A stretch of 64,000 nt of DNA. Origin: an uncultured Synergistaceae bacterium (lineage in GTDB: Bacteria > Synergistota > Synergistia > Synergistales > Aminobacteriaceae). Positions 46,699 through 56,693 of this stretch are shown here, piece after piece (the stretch's first letter is position 1; each line of letters opens with the position of its first letter). Under the pieces are notes generated by a model. It saw only the letters and a list, made by a program, of their open reading frames with translations, made no database searches and was not told the origin of the DNA. The position numbers and the translations under genes were made by a program. Location: positions 3,793-67,792 of the forward strand of contig CAYRPJ010000016.1 of NCBI GenBank assembly GCA_964426245.1, in the 5' to 3' direction.

Positions 46699-48198
46699 TT
46701 AATTTCTTCCGTAAATTTCGGAGAGTTTCAGCATTCTACGGGACAGTTCTTCGGTAAAAACAGATGATTCAGCCCTCCATTCCCAGTTGCCGGAGGGAGT
46801 CGACGGTTTGTTCATGCGGGCTTCCCCTCCCAGGTCGAGGTAGTCCTGAATCGGAATAATCGCCCTCTGGGCTACCGACGCCATCACCATCCGAATCAGC
46901 GCGTCCGGAACTTCGCTCTCCGCGAGAGGTCGGCCGATATAGCGTTCGAGATTGTGCCGCTCCTCTTTTGAAGCGTCGTCGCGAAACCATCCCAGCGCGG
47001 TGTTGTTGTCGTGAGTGCCTGTATATGCGGCGAGGTTCGCGGTATAGTTGTGCGGAATATGAGGCGTCTTCTTCATGTCCCCTCCGAAAGAAAAGAGGAC
47101 GACGGCCATTCCGGGGAAGCCCATGCGTTCCATTGCCCCGGTGACGTCGGGTGTTATGACTCCCAGGTTTTCGGCCAGGAAAGAGGAAGACGGCATCGTA
47201 TCCCTGATGGCGGACAGGAAAGCCTCCGACGGCACATTCCGCCATGTACCGTTTTCCGCGGTCCGCTCACCGTGGGGAACGGACCAGTATGCCAGCAATC
47301 CCCTGAAGTGATCGATCCGGACGCAATGGAACAGGGAGAGGGAATGTCCGAGGCGCTGCATCCACCAGGAAAAACCGTCTGTCCGCAGGGTGTCCCAGTT
47401 GTAGATCGGATTCCCCCAGAGCTGCCCCGTCTTGCTGAAGTAATCGGGAGGAACTCCTGCCACCTCCACCGGAATCAGCTCGTCGTCGAGATGGAAGAAC
47501 TCCGGGTGTGCCCAGACGTCAGCGCTATCGTAATGAACATAGATCGGAAGATCGCCGAGAAGTTCGATCTTTTTCTCGTCGCACCGCTTTCGGAGCTTTT
47601 CCATCGCCGAGAAGAAGAGATACTGGCAAAAATACAGGAAATCCACCGAATCGCGCAGAGATTCCCGCGCTTTTTCAAGTGCGTTCTCGTCCCGGAATTT
47701 GAGCTTTTCGGGCCACTTGTTCCACGGGATTCCTCCAAGATGATCCTTGAGGGCGGTGAAGAGAGCGTAATCGGGAAGCCAGTACTCGTGTTTCCGTAAA
47801 AAAATCTCGTACTCATTCGAAGGAGAAAAATTGGAGAACGCACGATGCAGAAGTCTCTTCTTGAGCACTCTCGCGGCAGAATAATCGGCTCTCTTTTTCG
47901 GAAACGAAGGAATGTCCTCCAGTTCCGAGGGGGAGAGCAGACTTCTTTCCACGAGGTCCTCCGGGCTAATGAAAAGAAAATTGCCCGCAAAAGCAGATGG
48001 CGAGCTGTAGGGTGAATTGCCCAACGCCTCGTCCGTCTCGGAAAGAGGAAGCATCTGCCATATCGACTGTCCGGAACGTGCAAGAAAATCGACGAATGAG
48101 AACGCTTCGGGGCCGATGTCTCCGATTCCCCATTTTCCGGGAAGAGAGGAGACGGAGAGAAGCAGACCGCATGATCGCGCCAGAGAAAACACCTCCAT
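46699..48198 (-). CDS. malQ: 4-alpha-glucanotransferase (amylomaltase)
   Basis: RSCGLLLSVSSLPGKWGIGDIG, WQMLPL, VRIDHFRG, GDLPIYV, TGTHDN. ATG 48198 chosen; the track start at 48222 is TTG. Confidence 0.85.
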   Translation of the reverse strand: MEVFSLARSCGLLLSVSSLPGKWGIGDIGPEAFSFVDFLARSGQSIWQMLPLSETDEALGNSPYSSPSAFAGNFLFISPEDLVERSLLSPSELEDIPSFPKKRADYSAARVLKKRLLHRAFSNFSPSNEYEIFLRKHEYWLPDYALFTALKDHLGGIPWNKWPEKLKFRDENALEKARESLRDSVDFLYFCQYLFFSAMEKLRKRCDEKKIELLGDLPIYVHYDSADVWAHPEFFHLDDELIPVEVAGVPPDYFSKTGQLWGNPIYNWDTLRTDGFSWWMQRLGHSLSLFHCVRIDHFRGLLAYWSVPHGERTAENGTWRNVPSEAFLSAIRDTMPSSSFLAENLGVITPDVTGAMERMGFPGMAVVLFSFGGDMKKTPHIPHNYTANLAAYTGTHDNNTALGWFRDDASKEERHNLERYIGRPLAESEVPDALIRMVMASVAQRAIIPIQDYLDLGGEARMNKPSTPSGNWEWRAESSVFTEELSRRMLKLSEIYGRN

Positions 48199-48281
48199 TT
48201 TTTTGTTCTTATTGTACACCAAGAGGAAAGAAAGTACGAGAAAGGGTATAATTCAGGGAAGGAGAAAGGAGAGGTGATTCC

Positions 48282-50741
48282 ATGCCCTGTTCCGTTTGCA
48301 TTCACGGTCACTTCTATCAGCCACCCAGGGAAAATCCCTGGCTTGAGGACGTTGAAATCCAAGAATCAGCCGCTCCATGGCATGACTGGAACGAGCGGAT
48401 CACCGAAGAGTGCTACGGTCCGAATTCGGCTGCCCGTATCTTCGACGAAGAGGGATGGATACGGCGTATTGTGAACAACTATTCGAGAATCAGCTTCAAC
48501 TTCGGACCGACACTCCTGTCATGGATGGAAAGAAAGCGCCCTCAATTCTACCGTTCGATTCTCGAGGCCGACAGAATCGGAGCCGGCCGTTTCTCCGGTC
48601 ATGGCCCGGCCATTGCCCAGGCATACAATCATATGATCCTGCCGTTGGCGAACCGCAGGGACAAAATAACGCAGGTCCTTTGGGGCATAGAGGATTTCAA
48701 TCGCCGCTTCGGCAGGGAACCCGAGGGAATGTGGCTCGCCGAGACCGCGGTTGATTCGGAGACGCTCGATATTCTCGCCTCGAACAATATCCGTTTTACC
48801 ATCCTTGCTCCGCGTCAGGCGGCAGCGGTACGAAAAAATGGAACCGCGGCCTGGACGGATGCCTCCGGGGAAAGAATCGATACAAGCAGGCCGTACACGT
48901 GCGTCCTCCCATCGGGACGTTCCATCGTTCTTTTCTTTTATAACGGACGCCTTGCGCAGCGGATAGCCTACGGGGATGCCCTGAAGGACGGGGGAGCTCT
49001 TGCCGATATGCTGGTTTCCGCGCTTCCGAAGGATGCTTGCTTGAGCCGGATTGTATCGGTTGCGACGGACGGTGAGACGTTCGGACATCACCACAAGTAT
49101 GGAGACATGGCTCTCGCCTACTGTCTCGAGAAGATCGAAAAATCGGAGAATGCCTCCCTGACGATCTTCGGCGAGTATCTTGACTCGACGCCTCCCAGCG
49201 ACGAAGTCCGTATTCTCGAGAACTCATCCTGGAGCTGCGTTCACGGAGTCGGCCGGTGGAAGGAAGACTGCGGATGTTCCGCCGAATCCCGCCCCGGTTG
49301 GAAGCAGGCCTGGCGAAAACCGCTGCGCGAGGCTCTTGACGATTTAAGGGATGCATTGAATCCTTTTTTCGAGAGGGAGGCGAAATCCTTTTTTCCCGAT
49401 CCCTGGAGTACCCGGAACCGTTACATAGAGGTTATTTTCGATCGCTCTCCGTCTTCTGCGATTGCCTTCCTTGAGCGGGAGAGCGGGAGGGAACTGCAGC
49501 ACGAAGAACGGGTCCGGGCTCTTCGACTGATGGAGCTGCAGCGGAACCTGATGTTGATGTTTACGAGCTGCGGCTGGTTTTTCGACGATATTTCCAGGAT
49601 TGAGACGCTGCAGATTTTGGCCTACGCCGCCCGCGTTCTCGAACTCGGCAGAAATCTCTTCCCTGGGCAGGATTTTGAAACGCCGTTCAAGGCCGCTCTC
49701 GAAAAGGCTTCGAGCAACATAAACGAGTTGCAGAACGGCAAAAGGATCTTCGACATTTTCGTGACGCAGATGCGCTCCGATCTCCTTCGGGCAGGCGCCC
49801 ACTATGCCGTCTCCTCTCTCTTCACGGGAGAGGAGGGGGACGTCCTTTCGAACTTGGGGGACAGATTCTATTCCTACCGGATTCTTTCATGTTCTCTTGA
49901 ACGCAAAGATGAAGGGGTGCGACGCTATGCCCTCGGGTACGTCAAAATCCGCTCGGACATCACGCTTGATGAGAAGGAACTTTTTGTGGCCGCGCTCTAT
50001 CGCGGAGGCCGGAATGTGCTGTGCGGCGTGGCGGTGAAACCGGAGCCGGAGGGCGGAAACGGTGTTCGCGAAATGATAGGGAACGCCCTTCAGAGAGACG
50101 ACGAGAAGGGCCTTGTCGCATTCTTCGGGCATAACACATACTCGCTTCGCCATCTTTTCAAGGACGAACAACGGCGGATTTTGAACCTTATCCTCGCGGA
50201 GGATCTCGATGCCGTCACTTCAATGCTGCGCCGGACGCTTTCGGATTATTCGGAGCTTCTTTCTTTTCTGGCCGCCCTTTCCATGCCGGCCCCGGAGGCC
50301 TTCAGGAGTGTTGCGACGGTGGTGCTCAACGACGATATGAAGCGGTCCTTCGAAGCATCTCCGTTTGATATCGAGTTCGTTGAAAAAAGGGTGAACGACG
50401 CGCTTCGCTGGGGAGCAAGACTGGATATTCCGTTCCTCAGGCATGCGGCCGTGCAGCGTCTTGAACACCTCTTCGCTTCGCTCGAGCGAAAAGTTGACGA
50501 TGTCGATATTCTGCAGGATGCCGTCTCCCTTCTCTCTTTTCTGAAAAAGAGGGAATGGGAGATCGATCTTTGGGATTCACAGAATCTCTTCGCGAAGATC
50601 GTCGGCTCGGAGACATTTGCTTCCTCCTGCTGCGGAGAGTTGTACGAGTCTCTTGGAAAGCTGTTGCTGATCCGTCTTTCCCGCATCGAAAGCGATTTTT
50701 CGGTGCGCACTGCGCCCCATCCCGAGATAAAAAGGAGGTGA
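48282..50741 (+). CDS. glycoside hydrolase family 57 protein with a long C-terminal DUF3536-like region
   Basis: N-terminus VCIHGHFYQPPRENPW, WLAETAV, ATDGETFGHH. RBS aaaggagagg. Confidence 0.8.
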   Translation: MPCSVCIHGHFYQPPRENPWLEDVEIQESAAPWHDWNERITEECYGPNSAARIFDEEGWIRRIVNNYSRISFNFGPTLLSWMERKRPQFYRSILEADRIGAGRFSGHGPAIAQAYNHMILPLANRRDKITQVLWGIEDFNRRFGREPEGMWLAETAVDSETLDILASNNIRFTILAPRQAAAVRKNGTAAWTDASGERIDTSRPYTCVLPSGRSIVLFFYNGRLAQRIAYGDALKDGGALADMLVSALPKDACLSRIVSVATDGETFGHHHKYGDMALAYCLEKIEKSENASLTIFGEYLDSTPPSDEVRILENSSWSCVHGVGRWKEDCGCSAESRPGWKQAWRKPLREALDDLRDALNPFFEREAKSFFPDPWSTRNRYIEVIFDRSPSSAIAFLERESGRELQHEERVRALRLMELQRNLMLMFTSCGWFFDDISRIETLQILAYAARVLELGRNLFPGQDFETPFKAALEKASSNINELQNGKRIFDIFVTQMRSDLLRAGAHYAVSSLFTGEEGDVLSNLGDRFYSYRILSCSLERKDEGVRRYALGYVKIRSDITLDEKELFVAALYRGGRNVLCGVAVKPEPEGGNGVREMIGNALQRDDEKGLVAFFGHNTYSLRHLFKDEQRRILNLILAEDLDAVTSMLRRTLSDYSELLSFLAALSMPAPEAFRSVATVVLNDDMKRSFEASPFDIEFVEKRVNDALRWGARLDIPFLRHAAVQRLEHLFASLERKVDDVDILQDAVSLLSFLKKREWEIDLWDSQNLFAKIVGSETFASSCCGELYESLGKLLLIRLSRIESDFSVRTAPHPEIKRR

Positions 50742-50789
50742 GTACCGGGCAACCTTTTTTAAGACCAAAGTATCTCCCGGAGGCAGACG

Positions 50790-51179
50790 AGAAGGGAGTT
50801 TGCCGGTAGGGAGCAGGTTCCGCAGAAGTTCGCGGACTTCATTTCTGCAGGCGGGAATCCTCGACAAAACCTGGCTTCCGATAATGGTGTCGAGCGCCAT
50901 CATCTTTGCGCCGGCATGTTTATGGAGGTCTCCACCCTTAGGCTCCTTACGCCGATTTTCGAGCCCATCGCCCTGCTTGCCGGAATCGACCCCTTCCACT
51001 TCGGAGTGGTGATGACCCTCAACATGACAATTGCGCTGACCACATCTCCAATGGGGGCATGCAACTATATCGTGGCGGTGGTGGGAAAGGTTAAACTCGC
51101 GGAGGTATTTAGCCGGATCCGGCCTTTTACAGGAGTCGCCCTGCCGGTGCTTATGGCGATCATATCGTGTCCCCGTTGA
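50790..51179 (+). pseudogene. truncated and frameshifted remnant of a TRAP transporter large permease (DctM C-terminus)
   Basis: 50916-51179 encodes GMFMEVSTLRLLTPIFEPIALLAGIDPFHFGVVMTLNMTIALTTSPMG.., which is DctM C-terminus-like. The similarity continues upstream only in another frame (..PIMVSSAIIFAPA), with a shift near 50910-50915. The first ~300 aa are absent. Confidence 0.6.
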
Positions 51180-51229
51180 CCACGTTCATTCCACGTATTT
51201 TGAATTTGTAGCAGGGAAGGAGAAGACAG

Positions 51230-51979
51230 ATGAAACACCCCTTTATGGATATTCAGATACCCCCTTCCCCGGGATTTTCCTGGGAAGCGTCGAGAGCTGT
51301 TCCCATCGAGGAGTGCGGTGAGGAAATGATACCGGCGAGTCTCGTTCCGGAAAAGATACTCGTTCGCCCGCATTATTATTACAATATGCTCGAGGGCGCC
51401 ATTCCGGAGTGCTATGTCAGGCGTTCGGTTCTTGTCCGACTTCTCGAGGCCTCCGACCTCCTTCCTAAAGGCTGCCGTCTGGTGCTTCTGGACACATGGC
51501 GCTCCAGGGCCATCCAGACAACTCTTTTCCAGAAGTTCCGCTCGGAGCTCCGGGAGAAGATGCCGCTGCTCGACGACGCTGAAATCACGGATCTCGCATC
51601 CCAGTATGTCGCGTTGCCGTCGTTGCACCCCGAGCACCCCTCCCCGCATATAACGGGGGGTGCGGTGGACCTGACCATAGTCGATGAGAGCGGAGTCTGC
51701 ATCCCCATGGGATCTGAATTCGACGAGACTTCCGAGAGATCGGAGACGGTCTTCTTTGAAAAGAAGTACGAATCAAAGGAAAAAATGACCGGTGAAGAGA
51801 TGGAAGCCCTCTATAACCGGCGGCTTTTATACTATGTCATGAGCAAGACGGGATTCAGCAACTACCCTGCTGAATGGTGGCACTACGACTACGGCAATCA
51901 GAACTGGGCCCTGCTTCGCGGAAAGGGAAATGCGAAATACGGTGTGAGCGAACCGCAGTTTCGATGGCGTTCGTATTGA
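51230..51979 (+). CDS. ddpX: D-alanyl-D-alanine dipeptidase (peptidase M15D, VanX/DdpX-like)
   Basis: LVLLDTWRS, SPHITGGAVDLTI (SxHxxGxAxD), AEWWHYDYG. Confidence 0.8.
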   Translation: MKHPFMDIQIPPSPGFSWEASRAVPIEECGEEMIPASLVPEKILVRPHYYYNMLEGAIPECYVRRSVLVRLLEASDLLPKGCRLVLLDTWRSRAIQTTLFQKFRSELREKMPLLDDAEITDLASQYVALPSLHPEHPSPHITGGAVDLTIVDESGVCIPMGSEFDETSERSETVFFEKKYESKEKMTGEEMEALYNRRLLYYVMSKTGFSNYPAEWWHYDYGNQNWALLRGKGNAKYGVSEPQFRWRSY

Positions 51980-51995
51980 GCAGATAACAACACAA

Positions 51996-52025
51996 AGGGG
52001 CAGGGATTTTCTTCTCCCTGCCCCT
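51996..52025. terminator. hairpin between convergent genes
   Basis: aggggcaggga / ttttcttc / tccctgcccct, a perfect 11-bp stem. Confidence 0.6.
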
Positions 52026-52083
52026 GTTCTCTTGAAAGATCAGCCATTCGTCCCGGAACACCGGCGGCCGGAACGGCGGGAGA

Positions 52084-52788
52084 TCACCGGAAGAAAGAAG
52101 CGAGAATGCCGGCCAATAACAGCGCAGGAAGCATGTTGACCACCTTGATCCTTTTGATCTCCAGGATTGAAAGCCCGATGCCGAGAAGCAGCAGTCCTCC
52201 GATAGCGCTCACTTCTTCGATGACCTCCGGGCTCATAACTCTCTGGACGCCTTCGGCGAGAAACGTCAATCCCCCCTGGTAGATCAGAACGGGAAAAGCG
52301 GAGAAGACGACGCCTATTCCGAGCGACGCGGCCATAGCAGCGGAAGCCATCAGGTCCATAAAGGACTTGGTGACGAATAGACGCGGAAATTCACCCATCC
52401 CTTCCTCGATTGCGCCCAGTATCGCCATCGAGCCCACGCAGAAGAGCAGCGACGCCGCGACGAACCCCTCGGTGAATTTTTCGTTCTTGGAACGTATCTT
52501 CTCTTTCGTCCAGTCCGCCAGGCTGTTGAGCCTCCTGTCAAGGTCGAGCCCTTCGCCGAGAAGCGAGCCTCCGACGATGCTGAATACCATGATAAGAACG
52601 CTCTGTGTTCTCTGCGCCATGACAAAGCCGAGAAACAGGGTAAACAGTCCCAGCCCCTGGAAGGTGATGGTGATAAAGCGCTGCGAAAGGCGGGAATGGA
52701 GCATAAGCCCCGCAAGACCGCCCAGAACTATTGCCGCCGCGTTAAGAACGCTTCCTGAAGCGGGAACATGCTGAAAAAAGAAATCCAC
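52084..52788 (-). CDS. DUF554-family membrane protein
   Basis: VLNAAAIVLGGLAGLML.. polytopic. GTG 52788 lies 9 nt after GGAGGG. The track ORF runs to 52836. Confidence 0.65.
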   Translation of the reverse strand: MDFFFQHVPASGSVLNAAAIVLGGLAGLMLHSRLSQRFITITFQGLGLFTLFLGFVMAQRTQSVLIMVFSIVGGSLLGEGLDLDRRLNSLADWTKEKIRSKNEKFTEGFVAASLLFCVGSMAILGAIEEGMGEFPRLFVTKSFMDLMASAAMAASLGIGVVFSAFPVLIYQGGLTFLAEGVQRVMSPEVIEEVSAIGGLLLLGIGLSILEIKRIKVVNMLPALLLAGILASFFR

Positions 52789-52894
52789 GATAGAATACCC
52801 TCCTGTAAGATCAAGTACATGTTCGATGCATTCCATTGCCCATGAACACCGGTCTGTCCGGGAAGCCCGCGGAGCGGGTGTTCAGGAAAAAAGT

Positions 52895-53824
52895 CTAGTC
52901 CCGCTCCTCCCTGTAGAACGGAAGGCCCAGCGAGGCTGGCGCTCCGAAGAGAATCCCTTTCCCTTTCTTGATGGAGATGAAGAGCAGGACACCTATCGTC
53001 ATAAGATACGGAAGCATCATCAAAATTGGTGCGGGAATGGTCGTTCCTGCCGCCTGGAGACGAAGCTGGAAAGCTTCGACACCTCCGAAGAGGTATGCTC
53101 CGAGCGCGGCCCTGGCCGGGTTCCAGATTGCGAATATAACAAGCGCCACTGCGATCCATCCTCGCCCCGCGGTCATATGTTCCGCCCACATTTTCGTGTA
53201 GGCGACCGACATGTACGCTCCTCCCACCGCCACGATACCGGCTCCCACCATCGTGTAGAAGTACCTGGTCTTTGCGACGGAGATGCCCATCGCATCGGCT
53301 GCCCTGGGGTTGTCACCGGTGGCCCGCAGGTAAAGCCCAGACCTGGTGGAGGTGAAGAACCAGCATAGGAAGAGCACGAGGCCATAAGAACAGTAGATCA
53401 GTGCATCATGATTGAAGAGCACAGGTCCTATGAACGGAATTTCCGAGAGGAACGGAACCGGAATTCTGTTCAGTCCGGGGATGGTGAAGCCGATGAAATT
53501 GCGTCCGAGGAGAGATGATGCCCCGGTACCGAACATCGTCATGGCGAGACCGCTGACCACCTGATTTCCCTTGAGAGAGACGCAGATGAATGCATGGATA
53601 AGGCCGAGGATCGTTCCGACCAGGAAGGCTGCGGCAATACCGAGCCATGGATTGCCGGTGGAGTAGGACACCGCAAAGCCCGCGTAAGCCCCCAGCAGCA
53701 TGATCCCCTCGAGTCCCAGGTTGAGGATGCCGCCTTTCTCGGTGACGATCTCGCCGAGGGTCGCATACAGAATGGGAGTGCCGCTCCTGACGGCGGCGGT
53801 GAGGATGGGAATCAGAATCTCCAT
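52895..53824 (-). CDS. ABC transporter permease (BMP/nucleoside-type system)
   Basis: LTAAVRSGTPILYATLGEIVTEKGGILNLGLEGIMLLGA. ATG 53824 lies 1 nt after the upstream stop. Confidence 0.8.
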   Translation of the reverse strand: MEILIPILTAAVRSGTPILYATLGEIVTEKGGILNLGLEGIMLLGAYAGFAVSYSTGNPWLGIAAAFLVGTILGLIHAFICVSLKGNQVVSGLAMTMFGTGASSLLGRNFIGFTIPGLNRIPVPFLSEIPFIGPVLFNHDALIYCSYGLVLFLCWFFTSTRSGLYLRATGDNPRAADAMGISVAKTRYFYTMVGAGIVAVGGAYMSVAYTKMWAEHMTAGRGWIAVALVIFAIWNPARAALGAYLFGGVEAFQLRLQAAGTTIPAPILMMLPYLMTIGVLLFISIKKGKGILFGAPASLGLPFYREERD

Positions 53825-53825
53825 C

Positions 53826-54935
53826 TTAGTTCCCCTCCTTTTCAGAGATCGTAGGCTGAGGGTTCGGAACGCCCCGGAAGAAAATGCGGATACGGAATTT
53901 TCTGAAAAATTCGCCGCCCAGGACAAAGAAAAGAATCAACCCCTGCAGGACGAGCATGCTCGAAAGAGGGAGGCGCATTACGATCTGAAGCGTTTCTCCG
54001 CCCACGAGAAGAATTCCCATAAGGAAGGAGACGAGAAGGATCGCGATGGGGTGAAGGCGGGCCAGCCATGCGACGATGATCGCCGTATATCCGTAGCCGC
54101 CGGAGAAACCGTGCTGAAGCCTGCCCTGAAGTCCCGAGAGTTCGCACATCCCCGCGATGCCTGCGATGGCGCCCGAGAGGAACATGACAAGGACCACATT
54201 TTTAAGATAGCTCATCCCGGCGAATCCAGCCGCCTTGGGGTTCTCTCCCATGACGCGTATTTCGTACCCCCATCGGGTGAATCGGAGGACGATCCAAAAG
54301 ACCAGCGGAAGCAGGAGCGCAAGGAAAAGCCCGGCATGGATTCTGGTGTTCCAGAACGAAGGGAGCCGTGCGGCGTCAGGGAACGGGGCAGTCATCGGGA
54401 AACCGAGGCTGGCGGGATCCCGCCACGGTCCGTATACGAAGTAGTTCAGGAGATTCATGGCGACATAATTCAGCATCAGCGTCGTGATGATTTCATTGAC
54501 GCTCCACCTTGCGCGGAGGTATCCGGCGACAGCTCCCCAGACCCCGCCCGCGATTCCGGCGGCGGTGAACATAATGAGAAACATCACCGCATGGTTGTCC
54601 ACGAAGAGATAGCGTACCGCTGCGGCTGTCGCCATGGCCCCCATAAAAATCTGTCCCTCGGCGCCGATGTTCCATATGAGCATTGTGAAGGAGAGCATCA
54701 CGGCTATGGCCGCCATGGCGAGGGGAATGGCCTTGACGATCGTCTCGCTGAGACCGTATGCATCGCCCAGCGATGAGCGGAGAATGGTTGAGTATGCCTG
54801 AAGCGGAGAGACACCCATAAAAAAGAGGAAGACAGCCCCGGAGAGAAGCGCCGAGGCGAGCGAGAAGACAGGAATGGCGATTCCGAGCTTCCGCGAGGTT
54901 TCGAGACGTGGTTCTATTTTGACGGAGAGTTTCAT
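53826..54935 (-). CDS. ABC transporter permease (BMP/nucleoside-type system)
   Basis: Polytopic. ..IWNIGAEGQIFMGAMA.. Start overlaps the stop of the upstream ATPase gene. Confidence 0.8.
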   Translation of the reverse strand: MKLSVKIEPRLETSRKLGIAIPVFSLASALLSGAVFLFFMGVSPLQAYSTILRSSLGDAYGLSETIVKAIPLAMAAIAVMLSFTMLIWNIGAEGQIFMGAMATAAAVRYLFVDNHAVMFLIMFTAAGIAGGVWGAVAGYLRARWSVNEIITTLMLNYVAMNLLNYFVYGPWRDPASLGFPMTAPFPDAARLPSFWNTRIHAGLFLALLLPLVFWIVLRFTRWGYEIRVMGENPKAAGFAGMSYLKNVVLVMFLSGAIAGIAGMCELSGLQGRLQHGFSGGYGYTAIIVAWLARLHPIAILLVSFLMGILLVGGETLQIVMRLPLSSMLVLQGLILFFVLGGEFFRKFRIRIFFRGVPNPQPTISEKEGN

Positions 54936-56500
54936 GATTTTTCTCCTCCTTCGGAGATGGAGGAGAGCGCTTCTTCAGCAGGCGTTCCGGCCATCATGAG
55001 CCCGATGGATTCGACGGGCGTGTCCGCGGGGGAATCCAGAACGCCCATGATCTCTCCCTTGAACATGACAGCGAGGTTGTCACTCATCGCAAGCAGTTCG
55101 TCCAGATCCTCCGAGACAAGGAGAACGGCGCTTCCCTGTTCCCTCTGCGCGAGAAGCTGTTCCCGGACGAATTTCGTCGCGGCGACGTCCAGTCCCCATG
55201 TCGGATGAACGGCGAGGATCAGCTTGGGAGAGTCGCTCAGCTCTCTGCCGAGCATCAGTTTCTGAAGATTGCCTCCGGAGAGGTTCCGTACAGGGGTCTC
55301 CATCGAAGGGGTGCTCACGCTGTAGCGTGAGACAAGGCTTCGAGCGAAGGAAAAGACCTCTTTCCAGTCGATAAAGCCGCTCTTGGAGACAGGCCGGTTC
55401 CAATACCTCTTGAGAATGGAATTCTCACTGACGTTCATATTCGGGACGAGTCCTGTCCCCTTCCGGTCGGCAGGAATATAGTGGACTCCCTTTTCGATGA
55501 ATGTTTTCGGTGAGGAGTTGGTCAGATTCTCCCCGTCGAGATGGATTGATCCGGATTCCACCTCCCGGAGCCCGACAAGCGTTTCGCAGAGCTCCTGTTG
55601 TCCGTTGCCCGCGACACCGGCGATGCCGAGAATCTCGTGTTCACGGACGGAAAAAGTCGCACGGACGACGGCAGGAATTCCCCGGTCGCTGGAGGCGCAG
55701 ATCGCAGCGCATTCAAGAAGAGGTCTTCCGGGCGCGATGTTTTTCTTTTCTATCTGGAAGATCATCTTCTGACCGATCATCATCTCGGCAAGGCGTTCCT
55801 TTGTGGTGGAGGCCGTTTCGACAGTCCCTACAAGCCTTCCCTTTCGAAGGATTGTCACACGGTGTGAAAGATCCATGACTTCGTCCATTTTATGCGAAAT
55901 GAAGACGACGCCGTGACCTTCCGAAGTCATTTGGCGCACCGTTGTGAAGAGATGTTCCGCTTCCTGGGGCGTCAAGACGGAGGTCGGTTCGTCGAGAACG
56001 AGTATATTGGCCTGCCGGTAGAGCATCTGGAGGATCGCGACCCGCTGTTGTTCTCCGATGGAGAGTTGCCATATGTGCGCATCGGGATCCACCATGAGAC
56101 CGTACTGCCCCGAGATGGACAGAATGCGGTCCCTTATGGAGCGTTTCGGGAGCACTGCGGGGAGCTTTTCGAGACCGAGGATCATGTTTTCCCACACGGT
56201 CTGGCTTGGAATGAGCATGAAGTGCTGATGGACCATTCCTATTCCTGCATGGATCGCATCCCTGGGTGAAGAAAAAGAGACGGGATCTCCGCTCACCAGA
56301 ATCGTGCCGCTGTCGGGGCGATAGAGGCCGTAAAGAATGTTCATGAGAGTGGATTTACCTGCGCCGTTCTCGCCTAGCAGGGCGTGCACCTCTCCCGGAC
56401 GGATGTCGAAGTCCACGTCGAGGTTGGCCGTTACTCCCGTAAATCGCTTTGTAATCTGTTCCATACGGACGAGTGGTTCCGTAGAAGTGTACACGCCCAT
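54932..56500 (-). CDS. ABC transporter ATPase with duplicated ATP-binding cassettes
   Basis: First cassette GENGAGKSTL, LSIGEQQRVAI, ILVLDEPTS. Second cassette LSGGNLQKLMLGREL. ATG 56500 follows aggaggaaaaggg. Confidence 0.85.
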   Translation of the reverse strand: MGVYTSTEPLVRMEQITKRFTGVTANLDVDFDIRPGEVHALLGENGAGKSTLMNILYGLYRPDSGTILVSGDPVSFSSPRDAIHAGIGMVHQHFMLIPSQTVWENMILGLEKLPAVLPKRSIRDRILSISGQYGLMVDPDAHIWQLSIGEQQRVAILQMLYRQANILVLDEPTSVLTPQEAEHLFTTVRQMTSEGHGVVFISHKMDEVMDLSHRVTILRKGRLVGTVETASTTKERLAEMMIGQKMIFQIEKKNIAPGRPLLECAAICASSDRGIPAVVRATFSVREHEILGIAGVAGNGQQELCETLVGLREVESGSIHLDGENLTNSSPKTFIEKGVHYIPADRKGTGLVPNMNVSENSILKRYWNRPVSKSGFIDWKEVFSFARSLVSRYSVSTPSMETPVRNLSGGNLQKLMLGRELSDSPKLILAVHPTWGLDVAATKFVREQLLAQREQGSAVLLVSEDLDELLAMSDNLAVMFKGEIMGVLDSPADTPVESIGLMMAGTPAEEALSSISEGGEKS

Positions 56501-56630
56501 CCCTTTTCCTCCTTGCACGCCCTGAAAGCATTCCCCGGAAACCCTTCCCTGCTCCTGTTTTTTGCAGGCACGGATCAAAGGGAGGAAAAATATCGACGCA
56601 AGGGCGTAATCAGATTAATGGATCGGAAAG

Positions 56631-56659
56631 GAAAAAGGGGCGCGGAGTTCCGCGCCCCC
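56631..56659 (-). terminator. intra-operon hairpin plus U-run after the binding-protein gene
   Basis: On the minus strand: ggggcgcgg/aact/ccgcgcccc followed by TTTTT. Confidence 0.65.
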
Positions 56660-56693
56660 GGAATCTCTCGATATTATAATACAAAAGAAAGGT

